64,000 nt of DNA from an uncultured Verrucomicrobiae bacterium (GCA_963735805.1 CAVTMK010000002.1:448001-512000), one strand, 5' to 3'; numbered from the stretch's first letter, positions 1 to 10,350 are shown. The notes: a model not told the origin generated them from the letters alone. Translations and numbers: made by a program.

Positions 1-56
1 TTATCAAAGTTGCAACGGTTTAACGCTTCAACGATGTAACGAGGTTGGCAGACATA

Positions 57-86
57 TTGACCAATCATGATACGTCGATATATCGT
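57..86 (+). promoter_or_regulatory. Putative sigma70 promoter with possible autoregulatory operator
   Basis: TTGACC (57-62), 18 nt, TATCGT (81-86). An imperfect palindrome ATCATGATACGTCGAT (64-79) lies between them, just upstream of an ArsR-methyltransferase regulator. Confidence 0.4.
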
Positions 87-97
87 AGGCCACTGTC

Positions 98-1030
98 ATG
101 GCGTCAACCATTAATTTGTTGCGGCTGCTGGCCGACCCGACCCGGGTGCGTCTGTTGCTTCTCTTGGAGCAGGAGGAGCTCTCGGTGGCCGAGTTACAGC
201 AGATTCTCGGAATGGGCCAGTCACGGATTTCCAGCCATCTGGCCCAATTGAAGCGGGCCGGCGTCGTCTCTGATCGGCGGGTAGGCAAAAATGTGTATTA
301 CGGAGCCAACCATCACGGGCGGAATTCACAGCGAGAGCGAGTTGAAGAAATTACCCGTTTGCTCGCCCGAGAACTGCCGGAAACAACACGCGATCGGACA
401 AGTCTAAAGCTTGTGTTGCACAAACGTCAGGACAAGGCGCGCAAATACTTTGATGAACTCGCCGGTAAGTTTGGCCGAAGTTATGTGCCGGGCCGGTCGT
501 GGAAAGCGCTGGCGCACGCGCTGATTACCATGCTGCCGCCGCTGACGGTCGCCGACCTCGGGGCGGGCGAGGGGACGCTTTCCCAGCTACTGGCCAAAAA
601 CGCGCGCAAGGTTATCGCCCTCGATAATTCGCCGAAGATGGTCGAATTTGGTAGACAGTTGGCCAAGAAACACGGAATCAAGAACCTCGAATACCGGCTT
701 GGCGATATCGAGGATCCACCGATTGCCAAAAATAGTATTGGTCTCGCGATTCTGAGCCAGGCGTTACATCATGCCATTCATCCCCAGCGCGCAGTTTCTG
801 CAGCCCATCGGATTTTAAAGCGTGGTGCGCGACTGGTTATTCTCGACCTATTGAGCCACCGGTTCGAACGAGCCCGGGAATTGTATGCAGACCACTGGCT
901 GGGGTTTAGCGAAGTACAATTGCATCAGTTTCTCGAAAAGAGTGGTTTTCGCCAAATTGAAGTGACCGTTGTATCGCGGGAAAAACAAAGCCCGCAATTC
1001 CAAACGGTTTTCGCTACAGGCGTGAAGTGA
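98..1030 (+). CDS. ArsR-family HTH regulator fused to class I SAM-methyltransferase domain (SahR-like architecture)
   Basis: N-terminal LADPTRVRLL...ELSVAELQQILGMGQSRISSHLAQLK; C-terminal VADLGAGEG motif I and LSQALHH. Confidence 0.9.
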   Translation: MASTINLLRLLADPTRVRLLLLLEQEELSVAELQQILGMGQSRISSHLAQLKRAGVVSDRRVGKNVYYGANHHGRNSQRERVEEITRLLARELPETTRDRTSLKLVLHKRQDKARKYFDELAGKFGRSYVPGRSWKALAHALITMLPPLTVADLGAGEGTLSQLLAKNARKVIALDNSPKMVEFGRQLAKKHGIKNLEYRLGDIEDPPIAKNSIGLAILSQALHHAIHPQRAVSAAHRILKRGARLVILDLLSHRFERARELYADHWLGFSEVQLHQFLEKSGFRQIEVTVVSREKQSPQFQTVFATGVK

Positions 1031-1101
1031 ACGTGGAAGGCACTTTTTGTGTCTAACATGTGCCTTTGCGGTATCGTCCCATGCAGACCCAATCTCTTTT
1101 T

Positions 1102-3093
1102 ATGAGCGGTTTCTTGGAGGAGGTGAAACGGCGCAAGGTTTATCAGGTCGCGGCGGCTTATGTTATCGCGGCTGGGGGCATCATCCAGCTTGCTTCAGCA
1201 GCGTTTCCAGCATGGGACTTGCCAAACTGGGCGCTGCGCTTGGTAATCGTGCTGTCGCTGCTCGGCTTTCCGATCGCGCTCATTCTTGCCTGGGCGTACG
1301 ACATTACGGCGCAGGGGGTTCGGGCAACTCCGACGATTGCGGGACCGCGGTCGCATCATCGCCGTAATCTAGTCATGCTTGTGGCAAGCGGGGTGATCAT
1401 TTCAGCTGCCGCCGGATTCTTCCTCCTGCCTCGGGTCTCCGCGCACAAGGTCGACAAGTCGATTGCGGTGCTGCCATTTGAGAATCTCAGCGATGAAAAG
1501 GATAATGCCTATTTTGCAGACGGCATTCAGGATGACGTCCTTACTAATTTGTCGAAAGTCGGCGACCTGAAGGTGATTTCCCGTACGTCGGTTATGCCAT
1601 ATCGTGGGAAAACGTCGAACGTTCGTGAAATCGGAAAGGCTCTGGGGGTAGCTTCTATTCTCGAAGGCAGTGTTCGGCGCATCGGTAATCGGGTGCGCGT
1701 AAATGTGCAATTGATTAATGCTGACACGGATGAGCACCTCTGGGCCGAAGATTACGATCGCGATTTAACTGATGTCTTCGCCATTCAAACCGATCTGGCG
1801 CAAAAGATCGTACACGAATTGCAAGCGAAGCTGTCACCCACGGAAAAGGCGCAGATCGAGCGCAAGCCCACGGAAAGCAGCGAAGCCTACTTCGCGTTTC
1901 TCCAAGCTCACGATTTGTGCACGCGTCCGGACAGACCTCTCCCAGCTATTGAAAAGGCTGAGCAATTTTATGAGCAGGCAGCAAGACTCGATCCGGACTT
2001 TGCACGTGCGTTTGCCGGGCTGGCATGGGTCCACGATTGGATGTACCACACCTACGATCCCACTCCCGCCCGAAAGGAAAAGGCGCATGCGGCGGCCGAC
2101 ACGGCCATTCGCCTGCAGCCGGACCTGCCCGAGGCACATTTAGGGCTGGGTTTTTATTATTACTACTGCGAGCGCAATTATGAGAAAGCGCTGGACGAAT
2201 TTGCGATTGCAAAACGAAGTTTGCCAAATTCCGCGGAGGCGTACATGGCGATTGCGTCGATTGAGCGCCGTCAAGGCAAATGGGCGGAGTCCACAGCCAA
2301 CTTCGAGAAGGCGGCATCCCTGAGTCCAAAGGACGCATTCCTCCTCGTGAATCTCGGCGATAATTATCGGGCCAACAAAAGCTTCGAAGCCGCAGACAAG
2401 ATTTTCGATCGCGCAATCGAAGCTGCACCCAACTCATTGAATGCACGCGGGGAGAAAGGCAAGCTTGCCTTGGATTTGAAAGGCGACTTCAGCGAGATAG
2501 AGAGGCAATTGACGCAAATGGCGGCTTGGGACGATCCCGAAAAAGTCGTAACACTCGGCTGGGCAAAGATTTTGATGCTGCAGCGAAGATTCGCCGAGGC
2601 GTTCGCGGCGTTGAACCAACTGCCGCAAGAGCTCATTCGCGACGGTACCGCGCCGGTCCCGAAAGCGTCTCTTCAAGGTATGCTTTATCTGTTCGAGGGC
2701 GACAAGGCGAACGCGCAAGCTGCTTTCCGGCAGGCACTTCCAGTTGCGGAACACTCCCTGCGCGAGAGCCCAAATGACGCTGGTCGACATATACAACTTG
2801 GTTTTATTTTGACGGGCTTGGACCGCAAGGAAGAAGCCATCGCCGAGGGAAAGCGTGCAGTCGAACTAAAGCCAGAATCGGCGGATGCCTTAGATGGTCC
2901 GCAGGTGACGGCTTCGCTCGCTCAAATCTACGCATGGGTTGGCGAAAAGGATGAGGCCTTGCAACTGGTCGATCGTTTACTCGAGACTCCCAATGGAGTC
3001 ACCGTCCCGATGCTGAAATTGGACCCTATGTGGGATCCGCTTCGTAACGATCCGCGCTTTCAGGCTTTGATCGACAAGTACGCGAAAATTTAG
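1102..3093 (+). CDS. Membrane-anchored TolB-N(FlgO-like)/TPR protein, paralogue 1
   Basis: Three N-terminal hydrophobic helices, then SIAVLPFENLS...YFADGIQDDVLTNLSK...VISRTSVM, TPR-like repeats and C-terminal DPRFQAL. Start set at MSGFLEEVKRR by comparison with the paralogues. Confidence 0.85.
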   Translation: MSGFLEEVKRRKVYQVAAAYVIAAGGIIQLASAAFPAWDLPNWALRLVIVLSLLGFPIALILAWAYDITAQGVRATPTIAGPRSHHRRNLVMLVASGVIISAAAGFFLLPRVSAHKVDKSIAVLPFENLSDEKDNAYFADGIQDDVLTNLSKVGDLKVISRTSVMPYRGKTSNVREIGKALGVASILEGSVRRIGNRVRVNVQLINADTDEHLWAEDYDRDLTDVFAIQTDLAQKIVHELQAKLSPTEKAQIERKPTESSEAYFAFLQAHDLCTRPDRPLPAIEKAEQFYEQAARLDPDFARAFAGLAWVHDWMYHTYDPTPARKEKAHAAADTAIRLQPDLPEAHLGLGFYYYYCERNYEKALDEFAIAKRSLPNSAEAYMAIASIERRQGKWAESTANFEKAASLSPKDAFLLVNLGDNYRANKSFEAADKIFDRAIEAAPNSLNARGEKGKLALDLKGDFSEIERQLTQMAAWDDPEKVVTLGWAKILMLQRRFAEAFAALNQLPQELIRDGTAPVPKASLQGMLYLFEGDKANAQAAFRQALPVAEHSLRESPNDAGRHIQLGFILTGLDRKEEAIAEGKRAVELKPESADALDGPQVTASLAQIYAWVGEKDEALQLVDRLLETPNGVTVPMLKLDPMWDPLRNDPRFQALIDKYAKI

Positions 3094-3253
3094 GGGCTTT
3101 TGCTTTTCACACTCGATAAGAGCGAGTCCGGAGCGAATGCTACGAGCAGAATCGGCAACGGGACACTCAGCTGCATAAAGTGAACGCCAGCGCCAGTTCG
3201 CGTGTCAGTATTGTGGCCGTTGGTTTATGGTCTCGCCCGATAAAACTGTAGCC

Positions 3254-5239
3254 ATGACCGGCTTCTTCGATGAAGTAAGGCGGCGCAAGGTTTATCGGGT
3301 AGCGGCGGCGTATATCATCGCTGCCGGCGGCATCATACAGCTGGCCTCAGCGGCTTTTCCAGCATGGGAGTTGCCAAACTGGGCGCTCCGCCTGGTGATC
3401 GCGCTCTTACTGTTGGGCTTTCCGATCGCCCTAATCCTTGCCTGGGCGTACGACATTACCGACCAGGGTATTCGCGTAACGCCGACGCCAGCTGCGCCCG
3501 GATTGCATCGTCGACGGAACATCATCATGCTCGTTATGACCGGTGTAGCCATTTCCGCGGCCACCGGGTTCTTTCTGCTGCCTCGAGTCTCAGCGCACAA
3601 GTGCGACAAGTCGATTGCAGTATTGCCATTTGAAAACCTGAGCGACGAAAAGGAAAACGCCTACTTTGCAGACGGTATTCAGGACGACGTGCTCACCAAC
3701 TTGTCGAAGGTCGGCGACCTGAAAGTCATTTCGCGCACATCGGTCATGCCATATCGAGGAAAGGGATCGAACGTTCGCGAGATCGGAAAGGCTCTGGGAG
3801 TTGGTGCTATTTTGGAAGGGAGCGTTCGCCGCGATGGCAATCGGGTGCGGGTCAATGTGCAATTGATCAACGCCGACACCGACGAGCACATGTGGGCGGA
3901 AGATTACGATCGTGATTTAACCGATGTGTTTGCAATTCAAACGGATCTCGCTCAGCAAATCGTGCGTGAGTTGCAGGCCAAACTATCGCCGATAGAGAAG
4001 GAGCAAATCGAGCAAAGGCCGACCGAAAACGGCGAAGCCTATCTGGCTTTTATGCAGGGACACGAAATCTTTTGTCGGCCCGACAAATTCCGCAGCAATA
4101 CAGAAAAGGCTGAGGAACTTTTTGAGAAGGCTACGAAGCTCGACCCAAACTTCGCCCGTGCGTTTGCTGCGTTGGCCTGGGTCCATGATTGGAATTATCA
4201 CGATTTCGATCCCACGCCTGCGCGAAAGGAAAAAGCGCGTGCCGCAGCACAGGAAGCGCTTCGGTTGCAACCCAACCTGCCTGAGGCCCGTCTCGCAATG
4301 GGTTTTTACTATTATTATTGTGAGCGTGATTATCAGGGCGCTCTCGACCAGTTCGCTATTGCGAAGCTGCGTTTACCAAACTCCCCCGAAGTTTATATGG
4401 CCATTGGTGCCATTGAGCGTCGCCAGGGCAAATGGAAGGAATCAACCGCGAATCTGGAGAAGGCGGCGTCTCTCAGTCCCAAGGACGCGTGGGTTCTTCA
4501 AAACCTCGCTGACAATTATTTGGCCAACAAAAATTTTGAGGCTGCAGACAAGATTTTCGACCGCGCCATTGAGGCTGCTCCCAGCTCATTTAGCCCGTGG
4601 GCAGAGAAAGCGAAGCTTGCTATCGATTGGAAGGGAGATCTGAGCGTAATGGAGAAAGCGTTGACTAAACTGCCGACAGGGGTCGATTCCGATGGTCTTG
4701 CCACATTCGCGCGTGTGCAATTCTTTCTGTTTCAACGAAAATTTTCCGACGCGCTCACGGTTCTAGAGCAATCGCCGCAAGATGTGTCTCACAACGATAA
4801 ACCGAGGGAACTTTTTGAGGGCGCAATTTATAGCTATTTAAACGATAAGGAGAAGGCAGTTTCGGCCTTCGAACGCGCTCGGCCCATAGCAGAAAAAGCC
4901 TTGCGCGAAAGTCCGGATGACGCGTCACGGCACGTGACCCTCGGTTTCATTCTGGCGGGGCTTGGTAAAAAAGACGCGGCCATTGAGGAGGGCAAGCGTG
5001 CAGTCGAGCTTCTACCTGAATCTCAAGACGCTTTCGACGGGCCCAAGATGACCGTAGCGCTTGCTCAAATCTACGCGTGGACAGGCGAAAGCGATCAAGC
5101 TCTTCAGCTTCTGGACCGTTCGTTGAATACGCCAAACGGGATTACAGTTCCTTTCCTGCGACTTGATCCGATTTGGGAACCGCTGCGAAACGATCCGCGT
5201 TTTCAGGCGTTGATCGACAGGCACGAAGCGAAAGCTTAA
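3254..5239 (+). CDS. Membrane-anchored TolB-N/TPR protein, paralogue 2
   Basis: Same architecture and motifs as 1102-3093; start at MTGFFDEVRRR. Confidence 0.85.
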   Translation: MTGFFDEVRRRKVYRVAAAYIIAAGGIIQLASAAFPAWELPNWALRLVIALLLLGFPIALILAWAYDITDQGIRVTPTPAAPGLHRRRNIIMLVMTGVAISAATGFFLLPRVSAHKCDKSIAVLPFENLSDEKENAYFADGIQDDVLTNLSKVGDLKVISRTSVMPYRGKGSNVREIGKALGVGAILEGSVRRDGNRVRVNVQLINADTDEHMWAEDYDRDLTDVFAIQTDLAQQIVRELQAKLSPIEKEQIEQRPTENGEAYLAFMQGHEIFCRPDKFRSNTEKAEELFEKATKLDPNFARAFAALAWVHDWNYHDFDPTPARKEKARAAAQEALRLQPNLPEARLAMGFYYYYCERDYQGALDQFAIAKLRLPNSPEVYMAIGAIERRQGKWKESTANLEKAASLSPKDAWVLQNLADNYLANKNFEAADKIFDRAIEAAPSSFSPWAEKAKLAIDWKGDLSVMEKALTKLPTGVDSDGLATFARVQFFLFQRKFSDALTVLEQSPQDVSHNDKPRELFEGAIYSYLNDKEKAVSAFERARPIAEKALRESPDDASRHVTLGFILAGLGKKDAAIEEGKRAVELLPESQDAFDGPKMTVALAQIYAWTGESDQALQLLDRSLNTPNGITVPFLRLDPIWEPLRNDPRFQALIDRHEAKA

Positions 5240-5399
5240 GCGCCGGATTTCTTTTTACTCTCGACGAAAACCATCATTGCGAATGGCGGGATAAAATTCG
5301 CAAAGCAGACAGCTACCCGTGTGAAATGGATATCGTTGTCTATTTTCGTGTCGTTATTTTCGCCGTTGAACTATAGTCCCGACAACGAAATCTCCTGAT

Positions 5400-7394
5400 A
5401 TGAGCGGTTTCTTCGAGGAAGTGAAACGGCGCAAAGTTTACCGAGTGGTGGCGGCTTACATCGTCGCGGCTGGCGGAATTATACAACTTGCTTCGGCTGC
5501 CTTTCCGGCATGGGACTTGCCAAACTGGGCTCTGCGGTTGGTGATCGCCCTGTTACTCCTCGGTTTTCCAATCGCGCTCATGCTTGCCTGGGCATATGAC
5601 ATCACTCCCCAGGGTGTGCGCGCCACCCCGGCACCTGCGCGGCACCGTCGTCGCAATGTAATCATGCTTATAGCGACGGGCGTAATAATTTCGGCTGGGG
5701 CGGGTTTTTTTCTCCTGCCTCGACTGTCAGCGCACAAGATCGACAAGTCGATTGCGGTGTTGCCTTTCGAAAGTTTCAGTGATGACAAAGAGAACGCCTA
5801 TTTTGCGGACGGCATTCAAGATGACGTGCTGACCAATTTATCGAAAATCGGCGATTTGAAGGTGATTTCACGCACGTCGGTCATGCCATATCGGGGGAAA
5901 GCGTCAAATGTTCGTGAGATCGGAAAGGCTCTGGGAGTCGGTTCCATTCTGGAAGGCAGTGTGCGTAAGGTCGGCAATCGGGTGCGGGTCAATGTGCAAT
6001 TGATTAACGCCGACACCGACGAGCATATCTGGGCGGAAGATTACGATCGCGAGCTGACTGATGTGTTCGCGATTCAAACCGATCTCGCGCAAAAAATCGC
6101 GAACGAGCTACGGGCAAAGTTATCGCCTAGCGAAAAAGCGCAGATGGAACGCAAACCGACTGACAATGGCGAGGCTTATCTGGCTTTTGTGCAGGCGCAT
6201 AATCTTTCCATGGCCGTCGAGGACCTAGAAAAACTGAGACAAAGCGAGCAGCTTTATCAGCGTGCCATCGATTTGGACCCAAACTTTGCCCTTGCCATTG
6301 CGCGCTACTCGCAGTTGGAAAGCTGGATTCAGCACACCTTTGAAAAGACCGCGGAGCTGCGCGAAAAAGCGCGGACCCTTGCCGAGCGGGCTCTGGAATT
6401 GCAACCCGACTTACCGGAAGCACATCTGGCTCTCGGATGCTCATATTACTACGGCGACAACAACTACGACGCAGCGCTGAAAGAATTCGAAATCGCGCAA
6501 CGTGGATTGCCTAACGAATCGGAAGTCTATCTTTCCCTCGGCGCAATCCAACGACGTCAGGGAAAGTGGACCGAATCAACGGCCAATCTGGAGAAAGCAG
6601 TCAGCCTTAATCCGAAGGATATCTGGCCGCTGCAGAATCTGGCGTTCAACTATCAGATGTTGCGCGATTTTGACAACGCGGAAAAGACTATCGATCGCGC
6701 GCTGGTATTGGATCCGACCGCGGTAGGTCCTTGGGACGTAAAGTCAAAGCTGGCCATCCTTGGGGAGGGCGACTTCAGTGTTGCAGAGAAGGGATTTGAA
6801 GCCGTGAAATCGGTTCCAATGTCCAGCGAGCAAAAGCTTAAGATAATCGGATCGCGTACGGAGGTTTTTCTTTTAGAACGCAAGTACCAAGAAGGATTGC
6901 AGCAAGCTGAAAGCTTGCCGGACGACCAAATCGCCGCGTTTCCGGGAGGTTTGTGGGCCAAGTATTACTTCATTGGCTTTGCGCGGAAGGCGCTGCAAGA
7001 CGAGCCTGAGGCGCGAGCAGCGTTTGAGAAGGCGAAAAGCAGCGCCGAGGAACAGGTGAGACGGAGTCCTGATTCCGAGGATGCCCACATTCAGTTGGCA
7101 AAAGTCCTCGCGCAACTCGGGGAAAAGGACGCCGCGGTCGCCGAGGCCCAGCGCGCGACTGACTTACGTCCAGAGAGCAAAGACGCGTTTGGCGGTCCGG
7201 AGATTACAGCTGGGGTGGCAGAAGTTTACGCCATCCTTGGCCAGAACGATCGTGCAATTGAAATCCTGGACGGATTATTGAGCCGGCCGAGTGCGATCAC
7301 CGTGGAAGGCCTGAAAATAAATCCAATTTGGGATTCGTTGCGCAGCGATCCGCGTTTTCAGGCATTGCTGCAGAAATACGGCGCTAAAGCCTAG
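5400..7394 (+). CDS. Membrane-anchored TolB-N/TPR protein, paralogue 3
   Basis: Same architecture; its TPR region is the most divergent of the three. Confidence 0.85.
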   Translation: MSGFFEEVKRRKVYRVVAAYIVAAGGIIQLASAAFPAWDLPNWALRLVIALLLLGFPIALMLAWAYDITPQGVRATPAPARHRRRNVIMLIATGVIISAGAGFFLLPRLSAHKIDKSIAVLPFESFSDDKENAYFADGIQDDVLTNLSKIGDLKVISRTSVMPYRGKASNVREIGKALGVGSILEGSVRKVGNRVRVNVQLINADTDEHIWAEDYDRELTDVFAIQTDLAQKIANELRAKLSPSEKAQMERKPTDNGEAYLAFVQAHNLSMAVEDLEKLRQSEQLYQRAIDLDPNFALAIARYSQLESWIQHTFEKTAELREKARTLAERALELQPDLPEAHLALGCSYYYGDNNYDAALKEFEIAQRGLPNESEVYLSLGAIQRRQGKWTESTANLEKAVSLNPKDIWPLQNLAFNYQMLRDFDNAEKTIDRALVLDPTAVGPWDVKSKLAILGEGDFSVAEKGFEAVKSVPMSSEQKLKIIGSRTEVFLLERKYQEGLQQAESLPDDQIAAFPGGLWAKYYFIGFARKALQDEPEARAAFEKAKSSAEEQVRRSPDSEDAHIQLAKVLAQLGEKDAAVAEAQRATDLRPESKDAFGGPEITAGVAEVYAILGQNDRAIEILDGLLSRPSAITVEGLKINPIWDSLRSDPRFQALLQKYGAKA

Positions 7395-7452
7395 CTCGGA
7401 CAGAATCTGCAATTCTGCGGACAAAACCTGATAGACCTGCCTCGTATAACTC

Positions 7453-8214
7453 ATGGGTTTTAGATGTATCCTTCTCGTTCTCGCCGTTGCGGCAACGGCA
7501 CAGGCTGACTGGACGATTCTATCAAGCACGTCGGAGGCTGGAGGCGGCGGTGTTGTGCACAGACATGTCGTTCTGGAAGACGCCGCCGACAAAGAACGCG
7601 TCGTTGCGGATCTCGCAATCTTTTCGACAAAATCCTGCACGTTGCGCATCCTTCAAAGTGAAGGTGGCGCGGATAATCTCAGCGAAATGATGAGGCACGA
7701 GCAATGTCTGGCGGGAGTGAATGGCGGCTATTTCGATGAAAAGTTTGCACCGATCGGTTTGCGAATTACGAATGGCGAAGTGACCGCGTCACTGAAGCGC
7801 GCGCGGTTAATTACGGGTGTGCTTGTCGCCTCGCCGCGCGGAGTCCAAATTGTGCGCGCGCCGGAATTTTCGAAGCGCCCAGGCATCACCGCAGCAATTC
7901 AGTGCGGGCCGTTTCTAGTAGACCGGACGAAGCCCATTGGAGGTTTGAACAATGCGAATACGGCGCGACGCACGTTTGCGGCGACAACCAGCGGCAATCG
8001 AGCATTACTGGGTGTTTGCTCCCACGTTTCTCTCGCAGAATTGTCGAGGATTCTTGTAACGGCGTCGTTTGCGGACGATTTGAAGATTGAACGCGCGCTG
8101 AATCTGGATGGCGGCTCCTCGAGCGGATTTTGGTTCGCTCGCGAGAACGGCAGTGCCTTTTCAATTCCGGAGCAAAAACAGGTGCGCGATTTTGTAGCAA
8201 TCGTTCCCAGGTAG
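7453..8214 (+). CDS. Secreted phosphodiester glycosidase family (NAGPA/DUF2233) protein
   Basis: Signal peptide; GVNGGYF, GPFLV, RT and ALNLDGGSS motifs. Confidence 0.85.
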   Translation: MGFRCILLVLAVAATAQADWTILSSTSEAGGGGVVHRHVVLEDAADKERVVADLAIFSTKSCTLRILQSEGGADNLSEMMRHEQCLAGVNGGYFDEKFAPIGLRITNGEVTASLKRARLITGVLVASPRGVQIVRAPEFSKRPGITAAIQCGPFLVDRTKPIGGLNNANTARRTFAATTSGNRALLGVCSHVSLAELSRILVTASFADDLKIERALNLDGGSSSGFWFARENGSAFSIPEQKQVRDFVAIVPR

Positions 8215-8220
8215 TTCAGC

Positions 8221-8300
8221 CGTCGTTCCGAGCGGGGCGAGGAACCTCGCACAGACTGATAAATCACGCTTGGTATCTCGTGTATTTTGAGCTTCGATTG
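8221..8300. repeat. Degenerate REP/MITE-like intergenic element
   Basis: GTCGTTCCGAGCGGGGCGAGGAACCTCGC with a GCGAGG-AA-CCTCGC hairpin; single copy in the window, resemblance to dispersed repeats is from recall. Confidence 0.3.
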
Positions 8301-8317
8301 TGATGACAATAATTATT

Positions 8318-9106
8318 ATGCGTACCTTTGGCGGCTTTAGATGTGAGGATAGATTTTTCTACGGCGAGATTCGTGACGACGAAGTTCACGTTTTGAGAAA
8401 TCCGTTCTGGATCAATATCGAATCCACAGGCGAAACTACCAGCCTAACGAATCTCACCATCGATCTTCCGGTTGCGCCATCAAAGTTGATCGCAGTCGGT
8501 TTGAATTATGCAGACCACATTGCGGAAATGAAGCGGACCACTTTGGGCACGCCCTTGATTTGGTTTAAGTCACCAGCCTCATTGTTGCCACACCATGGTA
8601 TGATCGAAATTGCGTTTCCCGAGCACCAAACTGATTTCGAAGCGGAGTTGGCTGTCGTCATTGGCAAGACCGCGAAAAATGTTCCTGCGGAGCGAGCACT
8701 GGATTTTGTCTTCGGTTATACAATTGGTCTCGATATCAGCGATCGGGATCTGCAAAAGACCGAGAAGCAATTTGGTCGCTGCAAATCATTTGATACCTAC
8801 ACGCCGATCGGGCCCTTCGTTTATGCTGACGTGGATGTCAGTGATGTCTCTCTCGAGTTACGACAAAATGGTGAGCTACGCCAAAGCACTCGCACCAGCC
8901 GGATGATCTACTCGGTCGCCCAAATTATTTCGTTCACTAGTCAATCCTTAACACTAATGCCGGGCGATGTAATTCTTACTGGAACACCCGCCGGTGTCGG
9001 GCCGATTCATGCCGGCGATCAATTGGAAACAGCAATCGATAATTGGCCGTATTTGTACAACGGCGTTGCGATCGCTTCACATGCACATGCTACGCACGAG
9101 AAATGA
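8318..9106 (+). CDS. Fumarylacetoacetate hydrolase family protein
   Basis: AVGLNYADH, DFEAELAVVIGK, DISDRDLQ, KSFDTYTPIGP and GDVILTGTPAGVG motifs. Confidence 0.92.
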   Translation: MRTFGGFRCEDRFFYGEIRDDEVHVLRNPFWINIESTGETTSLTNLTIDLPVAPSKLIAVGLNYADHIAEMKRTTLGTPLIWFKSPASLLPHHGMIEIAFPEHQTDFEAELAVVIGKTAKNVPAERALDFVFGYTIGLDISDRDLQKTEKQFGRCKSFDTYTPIGPFVYADVDVSDVSLELRQNGELRQSTRTSRMIYSVAQIISFTSQSLTLMPGDVILTGTPAGVGPIHAGDQLETAIDNWPYLYNGVAIASHAHATHEK

Positions 9107-9290
9107 TGGAGTTTCGTAACAACACCTCGATATGCTTGCCTTACATCCTCGCTGTAGCGATATTACGAAGTACAGGTAGACAACCCTCCAGGGCAAAAAA
9201 ATGAAAAGTTTTGCTGGACTCGCAAACAGTGATTCTGCGATAACAGGCAACCCTGCCGCAATCGATCAATCACATTCTGATTCAACAATT

Positions 9291-10340
9291 ATGAAAACAT
9301 CATTCATCGCGTTTGTCTGCTCACTAGCGCTCGTACTAACATCCGTGGCTCAATCTCCGCCACCTGTGCAATCTCAGCCCGGGGCTCCCGCCACAAATCC
9401 CGCAGCCCCAGCTACGAATCCCGGAGCTCCTGCGATGAGTCCCGGCGCTCAAGCGCCGACAAATCCCGCCGCGGTGAACCCGGCCGTGCCCGGGCAGTCA
9501 CCCGCGACGAACGTTCCGCCGGGACAACAGCCCGCGATGCCGGGTGCTTCCATCCCCGTCACGCTCAGCCCCGCGCCGGGAGCATCAGGGAGTCCTGCCG
9601 CCGCCACTGCAACGAGCCCTTCGCCCGCCGCCTCTCCCACGGCGGAAGCCCAACCAACAGGGTTTTTCGCGGGCAACTGGTTAATTAGCAAGTTCCACCA
9701 AGGCGGGCCCGTCATGTGGCCGATTCTGATCGTGTCGATTATTGCGCTCACTGTTGTGATCGAACGATGCTTTTGGTGGACTGGCCGATGGTTCCGACGC
9801 GATCCGAAACGCATCGAGAAGGTGTTCACCGCGATTGAAAGCGGCGACGTGGCGGAAGCATCGAGGCTTTCCCGCGGATCGCGTGATCCGGTTTTGCGCA
9901 TGATGTGGAATGGTCTGAATCATCAACACGCTTCGCTGCAGGGCGCATTGCAGGTCGCGGCCGGCATCGAGATCAAGCGGGCTGGTCGATTTTTGGTGGT
10001 GATGGACACGCTTGTTACGCTGGCACCTTTGCTTGGTCTGTTGGGCACGATTACCGGTCTGATCAGATCGTTCAGTTTTCTCGGCAACGAGGAGCTCGCC
10101 GTGCAAGCCGTTACTGGCGGTATTGCAGAAGCCCTTATTGCCACAGCGTGCGGTCTTGGCATCGCGATCTTCGCGTTGATTCCGTTTAACTTTTTCACTT
10201 CCAGAGTGTCTAACCTGGAGTTCGAACTGCAAACAGCAGCCACGAACCTGGAAGTGATGCTGGAAGCACAACATAAGGAACATAAAGGCGTGGAAATCGA
10301 ACACGGTACGCCAGCCGCGGCCACGCGTTCGTCAATCTAG
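9291..10340 (+). CDS. exbB: MotA/TolQ/ExbB proton channel with signal peptide and long Pro/Ala-rich N-terminal extension
   Basis: GGPVMWPI, APLLGLLGTITGLI, GIAEALIATACGL; start at MKTSFIAF. Confidence 0.9.
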   Translation: MKTSFIAFVCSLALVLTSVAQSPPPVQSQPGAPATNPAAPATNPGAPAMSPGAQAPTNPAAVNPAVPGQSPATNVPPGQQPAMPGASIPVTLSPAPGASGSPAAATATSPSPAASPTAEAQPTGFFAGNWLISKFHQGGPVMWPILIVSIIALTVVIERCFWWTGRWFRRDPKRIEKVFTAIESGDVAEASRLSRGSRDPVLRMMWNGLNHQHASLQGALQVAAGIEIKRAGRFLVVMDTLVTLAPLLGLLGTITGLIRSFSFLGNEELAVQAVTGGIAEALIATACGLGIAIFALIPFNFFTSRVSNLEFELQTAATNLEVMLEAQHKEHKGVEIEHGTPAAATRSSI

Positions 10341-10350
10341 GAGTTCTCTA

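Noticed and set aside
1102..7394. Diversity-generating retroelement explaining the variable TPR tails
   Set aside because: No RT gene and no TR/VR pair with adenine-specific mismatches; divergence is spread over hundreds of codons
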